A DNA stretch of 63,605 bases, counting the filler, from Olpidium bornovanus S191 (Eukaryota > Fungi > Olpidiomycota): NCBI GenBank assembly GCA_017911155.1. It is 28 parts of 28 records of this genome, joined end to end, with 100 filler letters (N's around TTAATTAATTAA, not from the genome) between each part and the next. Parts side by side here need not be neighbours in the genome. Positions count along the whole stretch, not along the records: positions 47,465 to 50,929 come from JAEFCI010011043.1; positions 51,030 to 52,466 come from JAEFCI010013337.1; positions 52,567 to 55,041 come from JAEFCI010011636.1; positions 55,142 to 58,704 come from JAEFCI010002522.1; positions 58,805 to 60,334 come from JAEFCI010011852.1; positions 60,435 to 62,262 come from JAEFCI010002188.1; 22 more parts are not named here. One strand, given 5' to 3'. Made by a program: the position numbers and the translations under genes. Under the pieces are notes generated by a model. That model was not told the origin of the DNA and searched no databases. It saw only the letters and a list, made by a program, of their open reading frames with translations. Positions 48,971 to 60,752 of the stretch are shown piece by piece; position 1 is the stretch's first letter; each line of letters starts with the position of its first letter.

Positions 48971-50607
48971 GGTGGCGTACGACGGCTTCGGGGAACGCGG
49001 CCAGATACCCGGCCGGGTTTGTGTACGTTTTCTCCGCTCTTCGCGACCTGACGGGAGGCGGCCGGGACCTGCGGAGCGCGCAGTTCGCGTTCGCGGTCCT
49101 CCGCGCCGCCACGCTCGCGGTCGTTTTCCGGATATACTACGAGTCAGAAAGGGTACCGCAACTTTTTTTTTTTTTCTTTCTCCGGCGAAGCGCGTTTGCG
49201 CCGCCGGAACCACGGGAGCGTTGCCGCAGGCTTCTGGGCGATCTGGTCTCAAAAAAGGCTCGGAACGGCCGGGCTGGAAAACAGGTTCCGCCGTTTGCCC
49301 TCGCCTTGGTGACCCTGTCAAAGCGGCTCCACTCGATATACGTCCTGCGTCTCTTCAACGACCCGGTGGCGATGCTGCCTCTGTACGGCTGCATTCTCGC
49401 GTCGAACCATGGCAAATGGGCACTCGCGAGCGCACTGTTCAGGTACCTGAGAATATTTTTGGCGCCGTCGCAGGCGAATATGTTCCGCGAGAGACGCCGC
49501 TTTCCTTACGAATCACCGGCATCGCCGGCGCGGATAATCGGCACTCCCAGCCTGGCGCTTTCAATCAAAATGAACATACTGCTTTTCTTTCCGGCCTTTG
49601 GACTGCTCCTTTACAAAGCGACTGGCCTGCGGCGGACCGCGCGGAACTTGGCGGTCATCCTAATGGTGCAGGTAAGGAATGGCGGCAGCTCTCTACATCG
49701 CATGCGGAACCCTGAAGTCTGACGTTTGCAGCAGCTCATCTTAGGTTTGCCGTTCCTGCTCGGCAATCCTTGGTCGTACGTCCAGCGCTCGTTCCAGTTT
49801 TCCCGAGTGTTCGACTACACCTGGACTGTAAACTGGAGATTCTTGTCTGAGGACGTGTTCCTCAGCAAGACGCTGGCGCGGCTCCTGCTGGCCTGCCACG
49901 TCTTGTCGCTGGTGACATTCCTGTTTGGGAGGTGGTGCCGGTGAGTCGGTGTCCACGGGCCACTTCTGTCTTCCCCTCCTTCCCCCCCCTTCCCTTCCCC
50001 TCCCCACCTCCCCACGGAAGCCCTAACAGTTTTTTTCATTTTGATCCGCCAGAACGGAAAAAGGTGTATTTACCGTGCTGCGACAAGGGTTCCGTTTTTC
50101 ATCGCCGCACAAGATTACTGCCCGGCGTGAGTTGCGACTTTGTGGGGTTGCCGGCGGCGGCCTGGTGGTTTTTTGACCAGATGCTGACGTTTTCTTCCGA
50201 ATGGAGGGTCGGCCCGAAGACGTTTGCGATCTCATGTTCACGGCCAATTTCCTTGGCATAGTGTTTGCCCGCTCCTTGCATTACCAGTTCTACTCGTGGT
50301 ACGCCCACTCGATACCGTACTTGCTGTGGTCCGCGCCGTACCCCGTTCCAATAAAGTGAGCCCGGACCGTTTTCCGCTCGAGCTTTGGTCGGGGCTCCCG
50401 CGTACGCCTGTTTTCTGACCGAGATGCCGCCTTTCCAGGCTGGCGCTGTTTGTCGCCATCGAGGCGTGCTGGAACGTGTACCCGTCCACGAGCTTTAGCT
50501 CTCTAACGCTGATCGCCTCCCACGGCACGCTTGTCGTCGGCATATGGAGCGGGCGTGCCGGGATTCTGGAGCCCCGCCCACTACGGCGAAAGGGAAGGCG
50601 CGATTGA
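48411..50607 (+). CDS. ALG3: Dol-P-Man:Man5GlcNAc2-PP-Dol alpha-1,3-mannosyltransferase, apparently complete, multi-exon
   Basis: [21 protein letters not shown]...[82 protein letters not shown]. Confidence 0.95.
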
Positions 50608-50612
50608 CGGCG

Positions 50613-50649
<37 letters not shown>

Positions 50650-51029
50650 CGATGCCGACGGGGCGGTCCGGGCTCGCGTGTCAGAACGGCGGCGCGAATG
50701 GGCCTGTTCTGTTGTTTATTATTTGTGTGTGCGGTTGTAGACGGGCGAAGAGCGGTATTACAAACGGGGGGGGAAGCTATCTACGCTGTTATGGGACATA
50801 ACGGCCAACATGTTCCACGACCAGCGAGCTAAGGGTAGGAGTAAATTGATTCTTATCTAAATATTTACCGTATAATTTAATTAAAAAATGTACCTGTCCA
50901 ATTATAATATTTAGGTACAAACTAATTGANNNNNNNNNNNNNNNNNNNNNNNNNNNNNNNNNNNNNNNNNNNNTTAATTAATTAANNNNNNNNNNNNNNN
51001 NNNNNNNNNNNNNNNNNNNNNNNNNNNNN

Positions 51030-51970
51030 CATGGTGTCACTCGGGACTACCCACGTCTGCCCGGTTTCTGGATCCGTCGCCTCGCTGAGCCGGACGCACA
51101 TCGCTGCGGGACAGTTTTCACGAAGTCCGGGTAAGCAACACCCGGCCGGCAGGTTTCTGGACGCAGAGCAAGTGCAGAGAGTTGGTGCGCACCCGAAGGG
51201 AAGCGGTATGTCGTCGCGATGCACTGTCTGTCCGGCGACGCCAACATGCGAACTGGATTTGCGGCAGTTGAAAAAAACCTGTCCGGACGTCAATCGGGGG
51301 TGCTGCGGCGGGGTCGGGTAGGGAGAGGCAAAAACGCAGTGCACCGACCGTATGGATTGCATTCGACGGCGCGCCTGAACGCCTCCGGAGGCGCGAGGTC
51401 GTTTCGCAGCGCGCCCACCTTGGCCGCCGAGAGTGCGGCGGCGCGCCTGAGGAGCGAGTAGCCCTCAAACGCGGGCGAGCCGTCCTCCGGATAAATCTGC
51501 GGGACGGCTTCAGCTTCGGACGCAGGACGGTCTTTGAGCGCTGCGGCAGGTTGGCCTGCGCCGGCGTCCGCGTCGTCCGCCGAGGCGGCGCGGGCGGCGG
51601 CCTGCTGCCGCAGGGCGAAGACCAGCCTCCTCGCGGCAAGCTCGGTCACCCTCTGGGGCACGGTGGTCCGCTCGCGCACGCCCATTTTCCGAGGCGCAAG
51701 CTTGGCGGTTTGGCTGGTGGGTGCGTCCTCGCCGTGTTTGTTCGTTGCCCGGGGAACGGCGGGGGACCCAGCCCGCCGGTCGCAAACCAGCCAACCAAAC
51801 CGACGCAAAACCCCTTGAAATTGAAGGCGGGAACGGGCTGCGGACGCACTGCGGAAACCAGCCCCTGTTGCCCATTTGTACAGCCCTAAGTTTCCCGCCA
51901 CATAAAAAAGGATTAGAAGGGATGGCAACGCCACGCCCCGGTACAATTCTTCTATCGGCTCTCTTCTCAT
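51030..51970 (-). CDS. Hypothetical protein, 5' portion, multi-exon
   Basis: MRREPIEELYRGVALPSLLILFYVAGNLGLY...TTVPQRVTELAARRLVFALRQ...YPEDGSPAFEGYSLL...ECNPY / ENCPAAMCVRLSEATDPETGQTWVVP, with GT-AG boundaries; family not recognised. Confidence 0.45.
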
Positions 51971-53178
51971 AGGCTCGCGGCGGGGTCTCCTCGGTTCTCT
52001 TTCCGGCTCCAAAAAGCTCAACAGAAAAAATAGCGGACGGCGGCCCAGATAGTGCCGGTTATGACGACTATCACTGCGCCCGGAGGGGTGGGGGAAGAGG
52101 AGGGGAGGTGGGGGGGCGGAAGGAAGCTGCAGCCAAACCAGGATTACCACGTCCCTTGCACATTCGAGGTTCGCAAACCCGCATAATCACACGGAATGGA
52201 AAGATACACGCCTGAAAACTCCGTCGAGGAGGACGGCCCGTGCCAGTCTCGATGTAAATTGTGCGGCGTGAAGTAACTTTGAGAAGCTGTTTCTATCACG
52301 GTTAGGAGCCTACCAGAAATGCCGCCCGTGCGCCCAGTCCTTACAACGGCAAAATAGTCGCGGGAATGAAGTGATGCGCACTATGTGGAATTATCTAGTG
52401 ACGTTAATGGTTATATGCGAGAAATATGTGCACGGTTCAGCGTTAGATTTTGGAGCGATTCATGTCNNNNNNNNNNNNNNNNNNNNNNNNNNNNNNNNNN
52501 NNNNNNNNNNTTAATTAATTAANNNNNNNNNNNNNNNNNNNNNNNNNNNNNNNNNNNNNNNNNNNNCATGGCAACGCGGGATAAGGACTTCGTCAGACCG
52601 ACACTGTAAATTTCAAAGGCGAAATGCTGGCGAGGTGGCTCTATCAATGGGGCTGTGGCGGCGAGGTGGTTCTATCATTGGGGCTGTGGCGACACTAGGT
52701 CGAGCGCTATACTTGCCCAGATTTCCAATTATCGCTCGTCGCGTTTCCGTTGAAGGCCCAGGTGCCCTGCCGCGTTTGCCTACGTGTAGGGGTGGCCCAC
52801 CTTCGTGCAGCTGCACCCGACCTTGTGCCGCCCGCCCAGCCGCCTGCCTTTTTCATCAGCTGCTCATCGGCAGCGGGTAGCGCCGCGAAGGCCCCCCTGC
52901 TGAGGTCTCTGGCCTAGTCAACTGCCCCGTCGCAAGGTCTGTGCCTCGGCGACAAATTTGCGGGCGACGTAGGGACAGGCTCTGGACCGTGCGAAAAGAC
53001 ACCCACGCGGATCGCGAACGACCTCCCGACGTTCCTCTCGCCGGTCAAGGCGGGCCACGGAAGTGGAACAAATTTGCCAGGTGCCGCGACGCGATTACAG
53101 TTTTGTAGCGCGTGAGGTTCCGACCTTTAGAAAAAATGTTCAAAGGCCGGCCGCTTCACTACCGTCAGACGTGCCCCG

Positions 53179-54601
53179 TCACGGGCTTTTCAGATAGTTG
53201 TCCAAGACCTCGGTCCCCCAAAGCAAGTCGTCGTCCCGCTGAAATTGTTCCGTTCTGGCCGGATCCTCGGCAAACGCGTGGAGCGGCCGGCCTACGACGC
53301 CGGAGCTCGTGGACGCGGAACTCTTGATGGCGACGTCGACGGGTGCGACGACAGACGGCTTTCGCGGCAAGAGAGAGGAGGCGGGCGGGTGCGGAGCGGG
53401 CCGGCTTCCGGGGGGCGGGGCGCCCGCGCGGCCGGGCGCCACCGGCCGGGCCGGGGCTCCCGGAGAGGAGGGGGCCCCCGTTCCGGGCGGCGGCCACGCG
53501 GACGATGCGAGGCGCTGCGCGCCGTCGCCGCCGCCGGAGGGGCCGACCTGGGTGACCGCCCGCCGGATGTGCGCGAGGAACGACTCGCGGTGGTGCAGGA
53601 GCGCGGGCCCTGCGAGGGTCCGCTTCCGCTTCGCCTCCAGAGCCCGCTGGCGGCAGAGGAAGGCGGAGACGGACACCAGGCCGAACAAGCCGAAAGCGGC
53701 CCCGACGTAGAACGCCTGTCGACCGGCGCTGCCCTGCGCGCCCGCCCAGTCCAGCGGCTCCGGCGCCGGCGGCCCGGTCGGGAGGCCCGGCGGCGTGACC
53801 GGGACCCCGCCGCCGACGGTCAACGCCGGATGCGCCAGCAGCGGAGGGGGGTAAAGTGCCCTGTTGAGCCGAGCGAGCGGCACTTGCGTCGCGAAAAAAT
53901 AAAAGAAAAAAAAAAGCCGCGCGGACGAGCTGCGTCGTGAATCGCCGAAAGCCGTGCGCTATCAAGCGGGCTGCAAATCCCACCGCGCGGAGATCAAAAG
54001 TTCTTACCTGCTTCGCAAATTTCCGAAATGCTGTTCCACTGGCAGGCCAAGCCGCCGGCAACGCCGCCCATGCTCTCGCAGTCCAGCGAGCCAAATTTGT
54101 CGCAGTAAGCGGGACAGTTTGTACCGCTCGGTAGACAACCGAAGTATCTGCAATGGAAGCAGTCGTCGGAGCATTCGCCGTTGCCGAGGTCGTAGCACGT
54201 CACGTCTGCACCGAGAGAGGAAGCAAGCGGCAAGCCGGTACTGGTCAGCTGTGCACAGCTCAGTCCCGCGGTCGCAATTCACCCCGTTTTTGCATTCGCG
54301 ACCACGACGGGGGCGTACACTTCTGACAGAGGCCTTTCCCAAATGAATATTGGGGGTTGAACCGACACGCCTGCCGACCGTCTGCAGTCCTTACGGCATG
54401 ACAAGTTTCCGGCACTTCGAAAGTGTCGCAGTCGGGCGGGCATTCGCTGGCCGGAGGGAAGCAGCCGAAGTAGCCGCAGTCGACTGTCGGCGCCGGACAC
54501 AACACCTCTGCGCCCCGCACGGCGTTGAATGCCAAGAAAAGCAAAAAGGCGGAAGGCAGCCCCTTGCTCCCGCTTGCACGGACGGCGAATCGCACTTCCA
54601 T
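53179..54601 (-). CDS. Predicted 406-aa type-I membrane protein with two novel Cys-rich modules; exons 54601-54283, 54205-54008 and 53882-53179
   Basis: Signal-like SAFLLFLAFNAVRG-A, 19 Cys in the ectodomain, repeated C-x-YFGC-x-P-x4-CP-x2-CD-x-F, a Pro-rich stalk, TM AFYVGAAFGLFGLVSVSAFLC, a stop-transfer RQRALEAKRKR and a cytoplasmic tail. Both introns are GT-AG and phase 1; the total of 1221 nt is in frame. Confidence 0.75.
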
Positions 54602-55220
54602 TGGGGTCCCCCGTTGTGACACCCGGGCGGCGGCGGTAGCGGCACAATACCTAGAAAAAAAAGGTGGGAGGCAGAAATCTGAAAACCGACGAAGGTTTCC
54701 GGGGATGAGAACGAACTGTAAATCGGGCTGGGGCTGAGCGGAATGTCAGGCGGTAGTCGGGTGTGCCGGGCGGAGGAGGTGGGTGGTTGGGCCGGAATTC
54801 CGGCCTGCCCAGCCCCCAAACCTCCTTCCACCCAGGGCCAAATTTCCGGGGCAGCGCGGCCATTGGGTGTGGGCTTCAGGGGTGCGGGCGCGTGGCAGCG
54901 GAACTTCCGCGCGGACCGTCCCATGGAGCCACAGGCAAGGTCAACGCGGGCGGCAGAAGCTATACTTTCCCTTTTTTAAAATTAGACCACCACTTGCAAA
55001 GCTGGCGACAAAAGCTAGTTTTCCTTTTCCCAGAGGCCCGCNNNNNNNNNNNNNNNNNNNNNNNNNNNNNNNNNNNNNNNNNNNNTTAATTAATTAANNN
55101 NNNNNNNNNNNNNNNNNNNNNNNNNNNNNNNNNNNNNNNNNCCCCCCCCCTCCTTTTGATCCGGCCACACCGTTGGTCAATTTTGGACATTTGCGGCACA
55201 AACTTTGATGAGAACAGATA

Positions 55221-55480
55221 TTGATGAAACCGTCGCAGCTGAATTTGGGGGAAAATGTGTTGTTTCAAGGTAACAAAATTATGAGGTACCGAAGTTTTTA
55301 CTACGCGGCGGAACTAACCCCAGTCGAGCCGCCCCAGAAGGCATTGGTTGCAACATTGATGGGTGGGTATCACGATCACGTGGATGATGGCATAAAAGGG
55401 ACTACACGCGCGCACCACGTATAGATACCGCTTCCGAGAACTGTGCGCACTACAAAGAGATCGGCGGAGGTAAATAAAAA
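55221..55480 (+). pseudogene. Possible highly decayed Ty3/gypsy RNaseH-integrase junction
   Basis: QKALVATLMGGYHDHVDDGIKGTTR weakly resembles the integrase Zn-binding 'I...YHD....GH.G...T' motif; a stop follows. Confidence 0.22.
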
Positions 55481-56626
55481 TCTCCAGGGAGCGGGGTTAT
55501 TGACAAAAACCCTACGCCCTCCGCTCGATTCGACGCTGTTGCTCCGAACGAGGGGAGCACCCACTGCCTAACCCACCGAGGGGTCGTTGTCGCCCGGGAC
55601 GTCAATTTGGCGCTGACTACACAATGCTGTTCAGAAACATCGGGCTTGGATTCTCTTGTTGAGTGTGTCGATGCGGGGGGCCGAGCTGATGAAGCGAGGA
55701 TTCGGTCAATTCAAAAATCGCCGAGGTGCGCCGACCGGCCAAACTTAAATGAACTGCACGGTCGACAGCACCTCTGACAGTTGCCCCCGGCTGGCCAACC
55801 ACCGTTTTTTTTTGACAGTTCGCAGCGTACCGGTTTTTTTTTTCATGCTTTTTTTTTCTTGACGTCCAGAATTCGGAAGTACGCGTAATTCGCAAAACCG
55901 GCAAAAATTCGCTTCGTTCGCTCACTACGCTTTCTGTTTGCGAACTTGTCACATCTCGGTCATGTTTGCACCAAAATGCCACGGGACGATAAAACCACGG
56001 CATAGCGTGCACAGCTGTGCAGCCGAAGGCTCCTTTTATTCCCCTTTTTTTGCAGCCACTGGCGTAACAGCGAGGAGGTGTATTTACGAAAATACGCCGA
56101 TTTGGGGCCTGTATGCTTGAAACGAGGGGAAGCCACGTATACGAGGCGAACGGGACTTGCCCAGAATGAGGTAGGTGTTCAGGGACGGCACATGCGGGAA
56201 TGGTAGCGTGAAAAATGCCCCCGAGAAACGTTGCAGCGAGTATGCGGGGAGAGAGTGGGGGAAGGGGGGGGGGGAGGTGGGCGCGGGGATGGTTAGAGGA
56301 AATGACGAAAAAGCACAGACGCAGGTTTGTGCATTGGAAAAAGAATGGGTGAACACAAAAGGGCCTGACAGATAAATGTCCATGACATAAAGTGTGCTGC
56401 GCGAAAAAAAAAGAAAGAAGGAAAAAAGAAAAAGAAAGGGAATTGAAAAAGTAGAGGCGCGCAACGCGAGGCCAGAAGGGAAACGCGGGTTACAAAAGCG
56501 GTAGGCATGGTGGCGGAAACGCCAGGTAGAATGTCGGGTACCGGACTCTCCGTCTGAGGCAGAAACGCCAGGTATAATTCCCGGTGCCGGACTCTTCGTT
56601 CGCACAACGTAATCTTCCCGCGCGCC

Positions 56627-58247
56627 TCATGCCAGCTGCACGACTGAAACGCTGGCTGTTACGCCGTCGGCAACAGCCGATGGCCCGGGCAGAGGAGCTG
56701 GTCCTGGGAAGGCGGTCGGATCGTCAGCAAACGACTGCCCAGTGCGATGAGTAGCCGAAGAAGGCAAGAGACGTTTAACGATTTCGGCTTCGATTTGCGG
56801 GTATATCTCGTCAGAAGTGCTTCCGGACAGGCTGACCAGGATGTTTCGCTTTTCTGCATCGGAAAATTTGAATACCATAGGCGACGGATGCAAGGCCATC
56901 AGCAGCACCATTCACGCATCAAAACAAAAAACAAGAAGCACCCCCTTACCGTAGTATCCGAGAAGCGGCTGCGTGAGAGCCAGGTGCTTTTCCATTCGGA
57001 CACGGAAGACATGCTAAAAGCAGGAACGGGCAAAACTGAGCGCTACGCAAGGAAGCTGACAAAGAGCATATGGCAGAAGAGCTCGTCGAAGGTGACATGC
57101 AACTGAAACGCTCATACCGGATCATCATCCAGACGCCGGACCAATCTTTCCCCTGTCACATCATCGTATCCAGGAAGTCTCGGAGGATTGTAGCTGGTGT
57201 TGTATACTCTGCCGGACGGAACATGCACCCACCGGTCTTCAAAGCAGCGAAGGGGCGGCACGAACAAAGACGAACGCGGCCATGAGCCGGCGCACGGGCC
57301 GTTCGGAATTCCCCCGGTGTCCCGCCTCTATTTCGAGTACGCCGACATCGCTGCCGGGTTCCTCACCCATTATCCTCTGCAGGATGACGTCTGTTGGAAC
57401 ATGAAGGTTGATGACTAGATTGAGCGGCTGGCAGTCACGGTCCAGCTTGTCGTCGAGCGCCTTCGCTTGTTCCATCGAGCGGGGAAACCCGTCCAGGAGC
57501 AAGTGTTGCTGGAGACGCGTACCGATACGGTCAGGATCCAAACGAAGCGAGCGAACGCACCAACGGCCCGTTAACGCCAAATAACGAGGGGAGGAGGTAA
57601 AGCCGCGCTGCACTCACAGTGCTAGGAACGGAAGCCAGTTCACTGCTTATAAGATCCACCATAACGTTGTCCGAGACCATCTCTTTTAGCATGATCGTAG
57701 GGACCAGAGAGCGCAAACCGGTGTGTTCTTTTTTAGTCCCAGGTAACAGCTAGATCGCACGTCCGGCGCAGCCCACAACGAGGGGAAATCCGACTCCTGT
57801 GGGCCCACCTCCTTTCAACATGGCTTCGTGGGCTAGCCGGCCGACATCGGTGCCGCTCTGGATGTGTTTCCGCAAGACATCACCGCTGCTTATGGCGACG
57901 AAGGGGAACTTGTTCCTTATTCTCGCGGACTGCGTGCCCTTGCCGGCGCCCTGCGCAGGTGAGGCGAACGATAAGACACGCGCGCCGGCGCAAAAGCCGG
58001 TGACGGCGGGCGGAGACAAGGGGCGAGGGTGGGGAGAAGGGTCGAAGGGGCGGAGAGAAGAAAACGCTACCGGACTCCCGACAAGCAGCACGCGCAGGAC
58101 TCGAGGGCCGGTGCCGCCGCCGCCGTCGGGCGGCGGCGGGGGGGCGGTTGCGGCGGTGACTGCGGCGGGACTCGAGAAGCGCTGGGCGGGGGCCGCGCGG
58201 AAGAGGCAGACGGGGCGCGGGACGGCGGCGGCCCGCGCGAGAGCCAT
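56627..58247 (-). CDS. ADK2: Mitochondrial GTP:AMP phosphotransferase / adenylate kinase (AK3, yeast Adk2 type), multi-exon
   Basis: Ala/Arg-rich presequence, [106 protein letters not shown]. Confidence 0.9.
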
Positions 58248-59367
58248 GCGCGGGGCGGGTGCGCGGGAGCGGGAGCGGGCGGCGGGAGCGGGCGGCGGGA
58301 GCGGGAGCGCGGGCGGCGGCAGCGGGCTTAAAGCGTGCGGGCGACGGGAGGAGGGCGCGGGCGGCGTTTCCGCCCGTCACGTCAATCTCACCGCCGACGC
58401 CGCCGACGCCCCGCCCGCACAACCCACCCGCCCATCCCCGCCCGTCCCCGCCCATCCCACCCCGTCAAATACCCGGCGGCCGGAGTGCAGACGGACGCGC
58501 GGCCCCGGGACATTTTCCCCGCCTAACCCACCCGACCGAAACCAACCGTGGAGAAGGAATGTTTTTCACTTCTTCTTCTCCTTCATCCCTCTAATCAACC
58601 CCCCAATTTCCGCCCCGACACCCACGGACACCCGACATCCTCGTCAGGTCTTTTCGCCCCGCGGTAGTGTCGCCTGCAGGTCAGACGTCTCCGGCATCAC
58701 CCCCNNNNNNNNNNNNNNNNNNNNNNNNNNNNNNNNNNNNNNNNNNNNTTAATTAATTAANNNNNNNNNNNNNNNNNNNNNNNNNNNNNNNNNNNNNNNN
58801 NNNNCATGATTGCAATCGGATTTGCATAATCCAAAACTATGGCCAATACCCCATTTTTCAAGGCACAGACCTCTTCTTTGAACTACCTCTTATATGTGCT
58901 TCTATCTACTATGATTAGACTTGCTAGCAATTTTCTGCACTCAAATGAATTCTAATCAGATAATCGGAGTTCACCCGCTCCTTACCAGGACGCCAACTCC
59001 ACGTGACCTGAAGCGGACTGGCCGCAAATTCTGCGACGTGCATTGTCAGCAACTTTACCAGGCGGCCGGAAGGTCTCGCGCAGCCACCACATTTACCATG
59101 GGTCCGGGGGTCGTGGCGGTCGACCTGTTTCCGTTGTTGAAAACCATGCCAACCGCGGACGCGAGTGGTGGAGGGAAGGGGGGGCGAGGAGGTGGGGCGG
59201 GCCGGGGGGAAAGGAGGAGGAGGGGAAGCGGCGCGCGGCGTGGCGAGAAGCGTGCGGTCGGGGGCAAGGCGCGCGGCGGCAGCGACGCGCCGAGAGATAA
59301 ACAGCAGGAGACGCGTCGCTCTCTCTCTCTCGGCCTCTCTCGGCCCCGGCTGCCCCCTCTGCCGGCC

Positions 59368-60229
59368 ATGCCGATCCTCGTCCCCCTCAGCGACTGCAGC
59401 TGGTCGCAGACCCCGAGCGCCGTCACGCTCGAGGTGCCGCTTGCAACGGGAGCGACCTCCAAGGCCGCCGTCTATTGTAAGCGACGCCCCGACCGGGGGA
59501 GGGAGGGGAGACACGGACCGTGCAGCCTTCCCCGGCTCACGCGCCCTCGCCGTCCGCAGGCAACGACTTGTACGTGAAGGTCAACGCCCCGCCGTACTTT
59601 TGCGATGTCGATCTCTACGCCGCCGTCAACGACGAGGAGGCTGTCGCGGCCGTCGGCGGCGGGTACGTCAGGTTGACGTTGCCGAAGGTGCGAAAGGGGA
59701 GGGGCAGGGGGGAACGGGGAGGGTGGGGAAGAGAGGTGGGCCCGGTTGCGAACGTCGGTACGGACGTCTTTCGGAAGAAACCCCAAGGCGACTTTCCGAT
59801 CCGCCGCACCAATTCGGCCACGGGCTCAGCCAGGAAGTTGTTCGGCGCCGCCCCCGCCCCCGACCCCGACGCACCGGCTCACCCGGTTCTCGAAATCGCG
59901 GGCCAGGTGGAGAACAACGTCTCGTGGCCTGACATCCGCACCAACATCACAGACCCGGCGGTGATCGCGAGAAGGCGCGCCGATGCGGAAGAGCGGGTCA
60001 GGAAACGGGCGGAGGAGGTCGGTGCGGGACTGCTGCGACGGGCGGTAACCGGGGGAAGCGGGAAATGTGGTCTATCAATCTGAGCTGGCCGTACTCGTAG
60101 GCGCGAACTGCAAAAGCAAAGGAGCGCCGTGAACAGGAGTCTCTCCTTATCCGGGAACAAATGGCAATTGAAAGGGCCGAGAAAGACAGGATTGCCAATC
60201 TGAAGAAAGCCGAGCATGATGCAGCCGCG
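59368..60229 (+). CDS. DNAAF4: Dynein axonemal assembly factor 4 (DYX1C1/PF23), 5' portion: CS domain plus coiled coil
   Basis: MPILVPLSDCSWSQTPSAVTLEVPL...VYC/NDLYVKVNAPPYFCDVDLYAAV...VRLTLPK...W...KERREQESLLIREQMAIERAEKDRIANLK, colinear with recalled DYX1C1 (MPLQVSDYSWQQT...[20 protein letters not shown]). Confidence 0.88.
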
Positions 60230-60510
60230 GTATGTCTACGGCGAACGTCGACAGGTGGAAATGGAGGGGGAAGAGGCAGGAAATGGGAGGGGCCGACGCG
60301 CAGTTCCAAGGAGGAGGGGACGGCGCGCAAATCANNNNNNNNNNNNNNNNNNNNNNNNNNNNNNNNNNNNNNNNNNNNTTAATTAATTAANNNNNNNNNN
60401 NNNNNNNNNNNNNNNNNNNNNNNNNNNNNNNNNNACGCACCGAGTGATTGTCGCTTGTATGGGGACATCGTTTTTCCCGGCCCACCCCCCAACCCTTTTG
60501 GGGAAAAAAA

Positions 60511-60552
<42 letters not shown>

Positions 60553-60752
60553 AAGAAAAAGCACAGGGGCGACGAACAAGAACGGCGGAACGAGAAGAAG
60601 ACAAACCGGACGAACGAAACGAACAAAAGGACGAACGCGCCCCCGCCTCCCGCCGCCCGCAACTTCGTAACCATCAACCCTCCCCCCGGGGGCGCTTTCT
60701 CTCCCTCCGCCCGTCACCCTCCCTTTGTGTGTTGCAAACCAGAGTCAGTCGA

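Noticed and set aside
59040-59367. RFX X-box upstream of DNAAF4
   Set aside because: Only partial half-sites (GCAAC, GTTTCC) are present; I found no full GTNRCC-N0-3-RGYAAC match.
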